Shown here: positions 1-13,648 of the stretch, one piece after another
Position numbering within the stretch: the stretch's first letter is position 1
Layout: the number at the start of each line of letters is the position of its first letter
DNA from: the human T2T-CHM13v2.0 reference genome, Homo sapiens
Reading direction: 5' to 3' (one strand)
Length of the DNA stretch: 64,000 nucleotides
Assembly: GCF_009914755.1 (NCBI RefSeq)
Contig: NC_060925.1
Notes under the pieces: generated by a model
Told to the model about the DNA's origin: nothing
The model's input: only the letters and a program-made list of their open reading frames with translations
Database searches by the model: none
Program-made: the position numbers and the translations under genes

Positions 1-21
1 CCCCTTCCCTGGCGGGCCCTC

Positions 22-372
22 CCCCTACCCCTCCTCCTCCTTCTTCTTCTCCTCCTCCTCCTCTTCCTCCCCTTCCTCCTTCTTCTTCTCCTCCTCCTCC
101 TCTTCCTCCCCTTCCTCCTTCTTCTTCTCCTCCTCCTCCTTCTTCTCCTCCTCCTCCTCTTCTTCCTCCTCCTTCTCTTCCTCCCCCTCCTCCTCCTTCT
201 TCTCCTCTTCTTCCTCCTCCTCATCTTCTTCCTCCTCCTCGTCCTTCTTCTCCTCTTCCTCCTCCTCCCCCTTCTCCTCCCCCTTCCCCTTCCCCTCCTT
301 CTTCCCCTTCCCCTTCCCCTCCTCCTTCCCCTTCCCCTTCTCCTTCTTCTTCTCCTTCTTCTTCCTCTTCTC
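22..372. repeat. Polypyrimidine/polypurine low-complexity tract (CTC/CTT), expanded Alu tail
   Basis: Almost pure C/T for 350 bp, abutting the 3' end of a minus-strand Alu. Confidence 0.9.
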
Positions 373-643
373 CAGACAAGGTCTTGTTCTGTTGCCCAGA
401 GTGCATTGGTGCAAAAATGGATCACTGCAGCCTCAACGTCATGGACACAAGTGATGCTCCGGCTTCAGCTTCCCAAGTAGCTGGGACTACAGGTGCACCA
501 CCATGCCTGGTTATTGTTTATTTTCTGAGGAGACAGGGTCTTGCCATGTGGCCCAGGCTTGTCTTGAGCTCCTGGGCTCAAGCGATCTTCCCGCCTCAGT
601 ACCCAAAGTGCTGAGATTACAGGCGTGAACCACCATGCCTGGC
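373..643 (-). mobile_element. Alu (old, AluJ-like)
   Basis: Diverged Alu dimer motifs, e.g. GTAGCTGGGACTACAGG and CCCAAAGTGCTGAGATTACAGGCGTGA. Confidence 0.9.
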
Positions 644-1497
644 TCACCTGACTTCTTAAGGACTGTCTTCCTGTGTCCCAAGACTCAGTCAAGACATTTC
701 TATGAGGTTTTTCCTGGCTGTTTCTTACCAAATGGGTCTGACCCCTCCTCCTTTTGCACCCTGTTTCTGTACATCCTTCTTTACAACATCCACGCCATCA
801 CTCTGTGGCTCTCTGTTTACTTGTAGAGAGCAGGGCCCAGTTTGAGTAGCCAACCTGCCTGAAACCCACCCAAGCTCTGGACTTTAATAAGCAGATACAT
901 TCTCTTTTTGCTTAAGGCTGTTTGAATTGGTCTTTCTGCCACTTGCAGAAGAGACTTGATGTACATCTTTCATATCCCAAGGTTCATTCCAATCATGGAC
1001 CTTACTTGAACATGAAAAAGCTGTACACAGGGTCCTGGAAACCTTCCTTTAAGTGGACATCAGTCAATTAATCAATATCCTTTGGGTATGGTTATTAAAC
1101 CAGTGACTACTCTACTTAATTGTAAATAGCATCTAATCCATATTTCCTTACACTGTTCTTAAGCAGGTCATGAAAAATTGCCAAATTACTGGTACACTTT
1201 CCAGATCTACCTATCAATGCCATCCACATGGAAACGAGAATTTTCTAAGTCACTGGTTCTTAGACCGGGGATGGTTGTCACCACTGATAACACTGCTAGT
1301 GCAGTGGGGGGCGTGGGTTGTGGTTCTCATCTATGTGGTTTCTCATGCATCTCCTTGATGTTGAGAATTTTCTAAGACTCTACAAAGTTTCTTAGCTCTC
1401 TCCCATGTCTCCTCCACTTCGAAGATAGAGTTCTTTAGCATTTGTGCACATATGAGCCAATTGTCCCTATAGCACTTAGAGACAAGTAGCCCCATGT

Positions 1498-1966
1498 TGG
1501 GAAAGAAAAATAAAATCTTGGAACCCCAATTCACTTTGACAGAAGGAAAAAAAAAATAAGCCAAAAGCTGAATCATGCAAGAAGCTGTCTTTCCTTTTGT
1601 TCCTAAGCAGATAGCTGCAGATGAAAGGTTAAATATCCCCACAAATAGCTACTATATATTCACCTTATCTTATACAAAGTGCCACCTCACTGAGCACAAG
1701 ACTAACTCATAATTGACTATTCCCTTACCTGCTCCTTTTCTCTTGCAACTTGTGGGTTCTGTACTGTGACCATATCCTCCCTCTTTACTCTTCCACCTGC
1801 TTTTCCCCTGTAAATATTGACGCCCTCAAAACCATCTTTGGAAAATGGCATGGAACACAGATTGCTCCCACAAATTTGTAATCCTTATTTCTGGGCGTGT
1901 TTTTAACTTTGGCAAAATAAACTTCTAAATTAATTGAGACCTGCCTCAGATACGTTTTGGTTTACA
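1498..1966 (+). mobile_element. MER4-group ERV1 solo LTR
   Basis: TG...TTTGGTTTACA termini, AATAAA near the end, 4-bp TSD ATGT. Confidence 0.8.
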
Positions 1967-2068
1967 ATGTTATGTATACACCTGTGTTTCCCATATTCTG
2001 TCCTGTCTCAGTCAACTTATTGTATCTTTTTTTTTTTTTTTTGTAATGATTGGTTGCATGGCAGATCT

Positions 2069-2245
2069 ACAGTCACTCAGACTCTTGGACTCAAAGAATA
2101 GCAGACCAACAGCAGCAATCAGCACCACCTGGGAGCTGTTAGAAATTCAGCATCTCAGGCTCCATCCCAGATTTACTGACTCTGAATCTGCATTTTAACA
2201 GGACACCAGGTCATCCGCATGCACGTGGAAGCTTCAGAAACACAG
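2069..2245. mobile_element. MER5A-like hAT-Charlie MITE
   Basis: CACCTGGGAGCTGTTAGAAAT...TCTGAATCTGCATTTTAACA core. Confidence 0.75.
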
Positions 2246-2569
2246 AGTTAAACTTCGCATAGTGGAACGGCGAGTGGTGTTCTTCTGGGTTGCCTTTGCT
2301 AGTTTGCATGTTTTCCAACTGTCCATGACGTCTCCACATCAAACGCCCTCCTGAATAGTGGCTCTCAGCTGAATAATTGGTCGTCTAATGCCTAAGTTGT
2401 TAAACAAAACAAACTTTGAAAGTCAGCTTTTTTTTTTACAAGCCTTAGCTCACAGTGGCCTTTTGCTTCCTGCTGTTTTTCTTACGTATCCGGGCTGTTC
2501 TGTTCTGTTTCTGCGTGGCCTTTGCCTTGTATCCACCATTGGTATAGCGTGGTGATATGCTTTCTTTCT

Positions 2570-3145
<576 letters not shown>

Positions 3146-3744
3146 TGATATGCTTTCTGGACAGGCAGACTTATTCTTTGCTAATGCCTCCTTTTCTTCC
3201 AATATCATTTGCAATTGCATGGTTTTTTGGCTTCTTATACCACCCTATCCCCACCTGTTGTTTGCTATTCCCCCACCTCTCAATCACAGGTTTATTGTAA
3301 TTTTGGTTAAATCACTTTAATTGTCTTCATATTGTTAATTACACATCTAATATATTATAGTTCCTTTCTTTTATAATTAATTGCTAATTATGGATTTAAC
3401 CATCGCTTAAATTTAAGTGCTGAAATCACTTTCATTTTCTTAGGCATTTATGTGCCTCTAGCCAGTTCTTCCCATTTTCTCCGTAGCTTCTCAATATAAT
3501 TTTCTACGTGATGAAGTAAATTTTAATTTTCTTATGATTCTATGTATGTGTAGATAATTCTTCCCATGTCCTCTACAGCTTTTCAGTTAACTTTTCCATG
3601 AGATGAGAGAAGCTATCGGTTGTCATTTTGTTCCAGAGACATCCCTCCTTGGAGCCGTCTGGCTTCCTGTTGTAATTGGAACGAATTGACAGACAGGCCA
3701 GCGGCCCAGCTGACATTCTGGGGCTTCCTTTCATTATCATCTTG

Positions 3745-6400
3745 CTTATCAGTGTGGGTCCAATCAGGAGACAGAAAAAGGGGAAGTTTAATATAAGCAA
3801 TTATTAAACTATTATAGGAGAATAACTATAAAGATGTAAAGAAAACAAAAACGGGTACCCGAGGGTTGGGGGAAAGGCCCTAAGGAGGGGCTGCCTGGAG
3901 GGGCGCTTCTTCCCCAGGTTGCATCCTTGCTGAGAAGGTGCGGTTGCAGACTCCTCGATGGCAAGGGAGTTTCTGGGCTACTGGGGCCTGAGCTTCTCTG
4001 CCTTCACTTGGTAAGCAGGAATCCGGCCTCTTGAGTGTGAGCCAGCCAAGGCTGGTGGGGGGCATGCAGAGGGAGCGGAGGCCACACTGCAGTCAAAGGC
4101 CTGAAGCACAGTGTCTGTCCCGGGGCTGGGCAGGGGGTGGAGGATGGGGACACAGCAACGTGGTTCCTCGGCCCCAATTAGGACCGCAAAGCCTTAGGAG
4201 GCTCATGCTCTGGACGTGTGGCTGGGGCAGAGCACCAGCGATGTTTCCACACAGAGCGCACTGCGGGTGGTCAGAGCGGCGGGTGCAGGAAAAGCAAAGC
4301 ACAGCCACTGCAGCTAGAAAGGACGTTCCCTAAGTGCCCTTCCACTGCCCTCTACTGACGAAGCTTAACATCGTGTTCGCTATAAAAGAGGAAAGCTTGA
4401 AAGCTCAGTTCATTTTTGCACAGCAGGTACTGAAGGGTGAATTTAGAGCTGACAGGCCATAAATGCACCCCTGGCACAGACTACCCCTTTGAATACCCAG
4501 GTTTCATACACACTCTTCTACACACATTTGACTGTCATACAAAAACCAAACAACTCAGTATTTCTACCTAACAAGTTATGGCTCTCCTTCTTACAAGGGA
4601 GGAACTCTCACCTTTCCCCAAGATATAAAGAAGCAAAATCCCAAAAGATGCAAAACCCCAATTACTGTATCCATCACTGCCTCTATTACTCTTCAAATTT
4701 AGTCATGGTCCCATGGAATATTCTATTACCTAAAGACTAAATTGTAAAGTTGACCTCCAACAACTTGGATAAAAATTTAAAATAGGAAGGAGATATTTAA
4801 AAATGGTTAGTATATGTCATGCATACATACTATGCATTGTATGCATAGTAAACACATGCATACAAAAAGCAAAGAGAAAATACGCAAAGCTTCTACAGTC
4901 CTCACTTCTGTAGTTGGTCATGAGCTCATGGTTAGTATCTGTGGCTTCTTTCTTCCACAGTCCAGTCTATAACTTTCTTTTCCTCCTGGCCCAAATCTCA
5001 GCAGCTCAGGATTTTCTACCTGGTAGAATGACTCAAACTTTCATTCCCGAAGGGTCTGAGTCTCCAGCTGTGCTGCTTTTTCTTTTGTTGCTACATAGTC
5101 CATTAATCTCTTAATTTCTTTTGTTGCTACATTGTCCATTAATTAATGGACAAAAAATTTCTTTTCTTGCTGCATTGTCCATTGATTAATGGAAATGTTA
5201 CTACATTGTCCATTAATTAAAAAGAAAATGAATTTCTTTTGTTGCTACCTTGTCCATTAATCTCTACTGCTGGACAGGGGAGTACTAAGAGATGACTCGG
5301 TGACTTCCCTTGGGTTCCAGACACGGTCCTCCTTGCCTCCATTGCATAGCAGCAGCCCAATCGACCCAGGTAATCAGGATCAATCACTTCAGCCAATCAG
5401 CATAATGTCATCAATGTGATGGACCCAGTGGGATGTTTTGTGGAACATCAAGATGATCAAGATCTCTGTGGACTACATGAGAGCAGAGAACTGGGAAGTT
5501 GATGTCACTCTGAGGCAACACTGTGAAGATATACCATTGGACCAGACAGGTAAAAGCAAACTGCTCTGTTAGCCCTTGAACACTGGTATGGAGAAAGGGC
5601 CAGGTCGGTGGCGTCATACCCAGTGCCAGAAGCTGTGTTGATTTGCTCCAGTAAAGACACTGCCTGGGGACAGCAGCTTCAAGTGGAGTCTCACGATTTG
5701 ATTTAGTTTAAGATGGTTCAGTCATCCTCCAGGATCCATCTGGCTCTGCACAGCCCAAACAGGTAAGTTAAATGGGGGTGTGATAGACAGTGCCCTCCTA
5801 TTTCTTTCAAGTCTTTGTTGGTGGCATTAACCTCTGCAATTCCCCCAGGAGTGCAGTATTGTTTCTATTTTACTATTTTGGTAGGAAAAAGACATTACAA
5901 GGGCTTTGACTCAACATTTCCTACCAGCATGTCCCTTGTTGCCAGGTACTCAGGAACTAGAGAAATAGCCACCGAGTGGGCCTGCTGTGAGTTAGACTCC
6001 ATTGATCACCTGACCACCATAAGCCTTTGCATTGACTGGTGGGCCACAGTGTCTTTTTTTTTTTTTTTTTTTTGAGACAGACTCTCCCTCTGTCACCCAG
6101 GCTGGAGTGCAGCAGCACAATCTTGGCTCACTGCAACCTCCCCTTCCTGGGTTCAAGTGATTCTCATGCCTCAGCCTCCTGAGTAGCTGGTATTACAGGT
6201 GTTCACCACCATGCCCAGCTAATTTTTGTATTTTTAGTAGAGACGGGGTTTTGCCATGTTGGCCAGGTTGGTCTCGAACTCCAGACCTCAAGTGATCTGC
6301 CCACTTTGGCCTGCCAAAGTGCTGGGATTACAGGCATGAGCCACCACGCCTGGCCCACGGTGTCTTTTGAGTGAGCTGACATTTGGCACCACTTTTCCCC
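3745..6400 (-). mobile_element. Degraded ERV-L class element (LTR ~3745-4460 plus internal/pol fragments)
   Basis: The minus strand of ~5600-5890 reads KIVK*KQYCTPGGIAEVNATNKDLKE...PFNLPVW...DGSWRMT...[10 protein letters not shown], the N-terminus of an ERV-L RT. Boundaries are approximate. Confidence 0.75.
6054..6355 (-). mobile_element. Alu (AluS)
   Basis: Full dimer, poly-T, TSD CAC(A/G)GTGTCTTT. Confidence 0.95.
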
Positions 6401-7531
6401 TGGAGTCATTTGCTGATTCTAAAGCTGTACCTAAGAGGCTGAGAAGCTGAAAGAAAATGCAGCTGAAAGTCTGAGAAGCTGAGTAGAACTATCAGCACTC
6501 CTATGGGGCAGGGAGAAAATATTAAAACCCACCAAGGAGGAGAGGCCCCAGTAAATCCCAAGGCTTGCAGTTGGGACTCCCAAAAGGGTATACCATTGAA
6601 GGAAGGAAAAACTGGAAATAAACCTTCCTTCTAGCATCCAATCAGCTCAATCCATGATTGCTGCCGTCTGCCCCAAACTGTCTGCAGAAACAAAAGCTAA
6701 TTCTTTCTGGGAGAAGATAACATTATTCAATGCCTCAAATTATCACTCCACTTTTTTTTTTTACTCAGTTAAATGTAAAGACATGCAATAATACAAGTAT
6801 TAGGGGAAGGGATGATTTCTTTCAATGTGGTGTTAGGCTGGTTGCAATCCACATGGTTAAAAAAGTAAATTACGCCACATAAAAAAAATCAGTTTCATAT
6901 AGACCACAGATGTAATGTGGAAAGGAAAACAACAAGCCTACTAGAGGATCACATGGAAAGCAATTTGAAGACACTGATTTGGCAAAGATTTCTTAGAACA
7001 TCATAAACATGAACCACAAAGAAAAAGATTGACAAACCATATCACATTAAAATTAGAACTTCTGTTCATCAAAAAATGATGATAAAGAGAATGGAAAATG
7101 TAATATACAGTGTGGAGAAAATATTTGTGATAAAACTGATAAAAAGATTGTGTCCAGAATATATATATTTTAAAGTTCTGATATGCCAAAAAAGAGAAGC
7201 TCAAACAGCCTAAAATAAAAATGAATAAAAGGCCTCAATAGGAACTTCACAATAGAGGACATTCAAATAGTTAATAGGCCTATCAAAATGTGCATAGTAA
7301 TCAGAAAAAATGCAAATTAAAATCACAATGAGTTCCTACAGCAAACCCACCAAAATGGCTCAAATTAAGAAGACTGACCCTACCAAGTGAAAATGTGGAG
7401 TAAACAAAATACTCATATGTTGCTTGTGGGAGGCTAAGTTGGTACAACTTGGAAAAAATATTGGGCAATATTTTCTAAAGCTGAACATATGAATGCTCAT
7501 GACCCAGCAAGTCCATTTTAAAGTATATATC

Positions 7532-8025
7532 TGTGGTAGGCAGACAAATGGTTCTCAATGATTTTAACATCCTAACCCCAGCACTTGTGAATATGTCACC
7601 TTACATGGCAAAATGGACTTTGCAGACGTGATTAGGTCGAGGATCATGAGATGGAGAGATTATCCTGGATGATCCTCCTGGACACTAAATGTGATCACGA
7701 AGGTCCTTATAAGGGAAAGAAGAAGGCAGGAGAGTCAGTGTGAGAGAAGGCCATGTGACAGTGGAAGCAGGGTTTGGAGTGATGCCATTGTTTTCTGGAA
7801 TGGGCCACGAGTCAAGGAATGTGGACAGCCTCTAGAAGCTGGAAAAGGCATGGGAAAAAATCCTCCCCAGACTCTCCAGAGGGAATGCAGCCCTGTCAAC
7901 ACCTTGATTTTACCTCAATGAGACCCATTTTTGGACTTCTGACCTCCAGAATTATATTAAATTTGTATTGTTCTCAGTCACTAAATTTGTGGTAATTTGT
8001 TACAGCAGCAATAGGTAACTAATAC
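7532..8025 (+). mobile_element. MLT1D-like MaLR LTR
   Basis: TGTGGTAGGCAGA...GAATATGTCACCTTACATGGCAAA...GTTACAGCAGCAATAGGTAACTAATACA. Confidence 0.85.
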
Positions 8026-8236
8026 AATATCTAGCTGAAATAAGTACATATGTGTACTGAAATACATCCGAAGAGTGTTTCAAGAGCATTATTTGTTAAA
8101 TACAAAACTGTAAATCATTCAAACTTCATTCACAGTGGAATAGATACATTGTAGTATAATCATTCAATAGAATACCACATAGTAATGCAAATGAATAACT
8201 ACTGTTGGACATAACAGTATACAGTGTGGATGAATC

Positions 8237-9484
8237 CAGTGGTGTACGTAAATTTTTAATGACTGTCTTTGGATGGGGGGTTGTATACATACATGTATGT
8301 TTGTGTGCACACATGTGTGTGTATATATATATGCTTATTATAAATGTTACTAATATAAAGGATGTATAAGATACAATTTACAAAAAATAAAATATATAAT
8401 ACTTATTGTAAATTCCATATTGCCAATTGATTCTCAATCGATTTTGTTGATTTTTGCCAAACTCTTGAACCTGTAGTTCTGTCATGAATGTTAGTTGATA
8501 GCTTTATTTACGTTAAAGACTAAGACAAAAGACAATAAAGATTTATGTCAAAACTTCTTTCATTTGTTGGCCGGGCACGGTGGTTCATGCCTGTAATCCT
8601 AGCACATTGGGAGGCCGAGGCAGGCAGATCATCTGAGGTCTGGAGTTCAAGACCAGCCTGGCCAACAGGGCGAAACCCCGTCTCTACTAAAAATACAAAA
8701 ATTAGCCAGGCATGGTGGCAGGCGCCTGTAATCCCAGCTACTCGGGAGGCTGAGGTAGGAGAATTGCTTGAACCTGTGAGGCGTGGAGGTTGTGCCCCTG
8801 CACTCCAGCCTGGGCAAAAGAGCGAGACTCCATCTCACACAAAAAAAAAAAAGAAAGAAAAAACAAAACAAAACAAAACAAAAAAACTTTTCAATGACTT
8901 CAGCAAAAAGAGAGAAAAACTTCTCTCATTTGTCAAACTATCATCTTGAACTGGATAGTATATTTGAATACTGGAAAAATAATTCCTCAATTTTTTTGTG
9001 TACTTCAGTGTAATGGCCACAGACACAACACATTTAAGTTTAATCTGCAATATTAACATTTTTTCACCACTTTCTTAAGTCTAGACAATCAAAAAAACAA
9101 TAAATCCATACCTTTTTATTTATAGCATTTTCTGATTTCTATGATGTAAAGATTCCTACTGTGGCCAATTTTAAGCTATCATGGTGACACAATTGTAAAC
9201 AAGGTCAGGAAGAAACACACAATAGCACATCATCATATAGTATTCCACGCAATTACAACAGGTAGAAACAACCCCAAAGCAGAGGGCATACTACAGTGTA
9301 GTTAGAGAAACAGGAAGTAATCAGTTTGAGTATTTATTACCTGTGTTTTTAATTGTGATTTAATTATGTTTTTATAATTTAATTTTTCTAATAATTATGT
9401 TTAACAAATAAATTTCAAAATTTCTGAAAATGTAACCATCAGCTCTTGTGAGTTGGTACAAAACATACTCCTGAACACACATTG
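8237..9484 (-). mobile_element. MER63-like hAT-Blackjack DNA transposon, interrupted by an Alu
   Basis: CAGTGGTGT... and ...ACACATTG ends; the interior resembles the MER63 consensus as I recall it. Confidence 0.65.
8569..8886 (+). mobile_element. Alu (AluS)
   Basis: GGCCGGGCACGGTGG start, A/CAAAA tail, TSD-like AAAACTT. Confidence 0.95.
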
Positions 9485-10699
9485 GACAAAACTTTAAAAA
9501 TAACATTGAGTGAAATTAGCTAGATGTAAAAAAATACTGTATGAGTTCATTTATATAAAATCCTAACAGAAGCGAAGCTTAACTCTTATGTTAGATGTCA
9601 GGATAGTGGCCTAGCTAAGCCCCATCTACATCAGCTGACCCCCAGGCACACAGGTGAACCCAGGGTAGCAGAGCCAATGGGCTGAGCCCAGCCTGGATCA
9701 CTGACTCTCTTGCTAACTCACACATCCGTGACAATAAGTGACTGCTCATCCATGATTACAAGTGATTGCTGTTTTAAGCCACTGAATTTCGGGAGGGTTT
9801 GTCATGTGGCATTTTTCTGGCAATAGCTAGCTAATAGAGAAATTGTATGAAGGTACAATTCTTCCCTTTGGGGAGGAAAGTGAGGAGGGTGGCCAGAAGG
9901 GGATGCAAAGGAGACTCCTAGGTGCTGGTAATGTTCTACTTTTTGACCTGTGGCTGTTACATGCATGTATTCCCCTTGTGATAACTCACTGAGTTATACT
10001 TACGATTTGTACTGTTTTCTTTACTCGTGTTTTGCCTCAATAAAAAGGTTTATTTAAAAAATACAATTGTCAGATTAATTCATGAAGAAGTGCTCAATTT
10101 CTCTGGTAATCAAAGATAGTGAAATTGAAATCTTTAAATACCATTTTCCACCTAACTGGTTGGTAAAGATTTTTAACGTTGTTACTCAGTGTTGAGAGAT
10201 TGCGGGAAAATGAGCATTTTAGCATATTGATAGTGTGATAAGATGTCGGAGGGGTGATTACATATTAGTACAAACTTTTTGGAGTGTTATTTGGCAAATT
10301 TATAAAACAATTAGCAAAATATCTTTTGACTTGCAATCTTACAGTTGGAAGTTCATACTAAGGAAATAATTATAATTATTTGCATAGATCTAGTTATTGA
10401 TATGTTCATCATAGCATTGCTTTTGATAGTGAAAAATACAAAAATATGAAATGTTATAAAATTGGGTTTGGTTATATAAATAAGGTATATTCCCATAAAT
10501 GTGGTCATTTTATATGATGAAAAAAATGGGTAGTAAATTTCACAAAAAGCTGTTTGTGATCTCTTACTTAATGAAAAAGAAAGCAGTTCATTAAACAATG
10601 TGCTGTATACAATGGTATACCCTGGCCTTTGTAAAAATAGCTACATATTGTATAGATAGATTTACATGTCTAGGTATTATAGATAGGTGGATGGTAGCC

Positions 10700-11412
10700 A
10701 TGTAAGTAAGCAGGTAGGTATGCAGGTAAGTAGGTAGGTAGGTGTGCAGGTAAGTAGGCAGGTGTGTAGGTAAGTAAGTAGGTGGGCAGGTAAGTAGGTA
10801 GGTGTGCAGGTAAGTAGGCAGGTGTGTAGGTAAGTAGGCACTAAGTAGGTAGGTGTGTAGGTAAGTATGCAGACATGCAGGTAAGTAGGCAGGTGTGTAG
10901 GTAAGTAGGTAAGGTGTGTGGATAACTAGGTAGGTGTGCAGGTAAGTAGGTAGGTGTGTAGATAAGTAGGTAGGTGTGTAGATAATTCAGTAGGTGTGTG
11001 GCTAAGTAGGTAGGTGTGCAGGTAAGTAGGTAGGTGTGTGGATAAGTAGGCAGGTGTGTAGGTAAGTAGGTAGGTGTGTGGATAAGTAGGTGGGTGTGTA
11101 GGTAAGTAGATAGGTGTATGGATAAGTAGGTAAGTGTGCAGGTAAGTAGGTAGTTGTGTAGGTAAGTAAGTAGGTGTGCAGGTAAGTAGGTAGGTGGGCA
11201 GGTAAGTAGGTAGATGTGCAGGTAAGTAGGTAGGTGGGCAGGTAAGTAGGTAGGTGTGTAGGTAAGTAGGTAGGTGTGTGGATAGGTAGGTGTGCAGGTA
11301 AGTAGGTAGGTGTGTAGGTAAGCAGGTAGGTGTGTGGATAAGTAGTAGGTGTGCAGGTAAGTAGGTAGGTGTGTAGGTAAGTAAGTAGGTGGGCAGGTAA
11401 GTAGGTAGGTAG
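10700..11412. repeat. Minisatellite, ~20-bp unit GTAAGTAGGTAGGTGTG(C/T)AG, ~35 copies
   Basis: Directly visible tandem array with variant units, lying inside an old L1 3' UTR. Confidence 0.95.
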
Positions 11413-11689
11413 AAAGCTATGAAAGTCTGGCAGGAGACACACCAAAGCATGAATCGTTTTTATAACTGCATAGTGGAACCATAGGTGATTTTCATTTTCT
11501 ACTCTGATCTGTATTTCCTAATGTCTTCTCCCATGTGTGTGCACTTTGTTTAATTAAAAGTTACAGAAACAAGCACCACCACCAACCAAAAAGACTCTAA
11601 ACAGTTTCATATCAGGTCAAATGTTGCTGCCAAATGATTCATGAAAAAACCTTTTAGAGCTTTCTGGATATTGTAATTTCAGCTAAAGA

Positions 11690-12080
11690 TAGGTGAGCTA
11701 CAAAATATTTGCACTGGAACTGTATTACCTATTTCCTCTAACAGATCGGGTGGCCTATAGCACATGTCCACTAGGGTATTGTTTTTGTCATTTTTTTCTT
11801 CAATCCTTACCCCTATGCTCCACCAAGATTTCTGCTGGCAGGTTCGTGGATATCCAGACGTATTATAGAACCCAATCTTGCTACTTAACTGTCTGGTTCT
11901 TTTGTGTGGAACAATCTTCTCCATCCCTGGATTCCATTTTAAGCAATATCTTCCAAATCTCTGTGATAATTAGATTTCCCACTCCAGCTTATAAGTCGGA
12001 TTCACTTGATTTACTCTGCATATTCTACACGATGGAGTATAAATGTCCAAGGTCATGTCTTATGCCTAGCTCCCTTCCTA
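11690..12080 (-). mobile_element. CR1/L3 LINE ORF2 endonuclease fossil
   Basis: Minus-strand translation LGHLYS...NMQSK...LIITEIW...WSIGVRIEEKNDKNNTLVDMCYRPP matches the CR1 APE motifs (LYTNARS, ITETW, VGVCYRPP). Confidence 0.75.
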
Positions 12081-12282
12081 ACCGCATGCTCATATGAATC
12101 ACCAGATACCCTTTTCTTTGCCAGAACTGCTGTCTTCAGTAATAATTGGGTTCATCTAGGTTTCCCCTTTCTTGCTCACATTTGCTTTAAATCGCTGTTA
12201 ATCAGATTCACTAGACTTTAGGGAAATAACAATACAACTGTTATCAAAAGGTGTATCAAATATTTATATCACACCATGGAGT

Positions 12283-12420
12283 TTGTTTTGTTTTGTTTTC
12301 AGAAAGAAGGAGTCTTACTATTTTGCCCAGTTTGGACTCGAACCCCTGGGCTAAAAGGATCCCCCCATATCAACCTCCCAAGCAGCTGGGACTACAGGTG
12401 TTAGCCACTGTGCCCAGCTA
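12283..12420 (-). mobile_element. FLAM/Alu monomer
   Basis: Single diverged Alu arm with a GTTTT tail. Confidence 0.75.
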
Positions 12421-13076
12421 CTAGCATTTGTTTTTTTAAATAAAAGAACTCCCTCAGTACTCTCATGGATTATAATTATTAATAAACACATAAATTCAGA
12501 CAATTTAGTTTTCAAATATCTGTTTAAATAAAGGGAGGATGTTGTTACAATTCCTGAATGTTAGAACTGGTGCAAGAAGGGAAAGCAACAGTTTAATTGT
12601 CCACATCAAGGCACTGAGGGTGCCAGGATGGAAAAGGAGGTTCACGGATGAGTGCTCATTCATTCTCCTTCAGACCACAGCAATGTTGCTGCAATTACCT
12701 TCCCCAGGCACAATTCTGCATAACGGTGCTTTCCATTACAAAGCTACTCACTTGAATCATTTAAATAATGCAAAAAGTATACAATTTACCTATGTAATAA
12801 TGTTATTTATAGCATGCCTTTCATCCATGGATATGCAAGAGCTTTAAAAGCCACACTTAATACAGACTTACAGGTGCTTCCAATCTGACCCATGCAAGCA
12901 GGCTAATATTGCTGATGTCATTGAGTCTATAGATGAAAAGATGTGAGAATATCTTCATATATTAATATATTCCATGTCTTCATATTCTTAATATATGCCA
13001 ACCTGTCCTAAGCTCTTTCCCAAGATCACACACCTCATTCTTTAAATACATTTTAACCCACTTTTGATCTATTTGA

Positions 13077-13430
<354 letters not shown>

Positions 13431-13526
13431 ATAAGGACTTTTTTTGTGAGCTGAAGATATATGGATTAGGGAAAAAATACTAAGATATTTAGGTGCATTC
13501 TTAACATTTCTATGATTAAAAAGTCA

Positions 13527-13648
13527 GCCTTGAGATGGGAGGATCACTGGAGCCCAGGAGTTTAAGGCTGCAGTGAGCTATGATCGCACCACTGCACTCT
13601 GTACTGGGCCACAGAGCAAGACCCCATTTCTAAAAATAAAATAAAAAT
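13527..13648 (+). mobile_element. Alu right-arm fragment
   Basis: GGAGGATCAC...GCTGCAGTGAGCTATGATCGCACCACTGCACTC followed by an A tail. Confidence 0.8.

Larger units (their letters stand above)
6800..10040 (+). mobile_element. Old L1 (L1ME-like) ORF2 end/3' UTR, fragmented by later insertions
   Basis: ATGCAAATTAAAATCACAATGAG, GACCCAGCAA and a 3' end ...CTCAATAAAAAG. Confidence 0.7.

Noticed and set aside
25-414. E/K-rich 129-aa ORF
   Set aside because: It is the translation of a simple purine tract and has no gene structure.
10926-11450. PTYL-repeat ORFs and a CRISPR-like periodic array
   Set aside because: Head-to-tail minisatellite with no unique spacers and no cas genes, in eukaryotic DNA. 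The ORFs are artefacts of the repeat.
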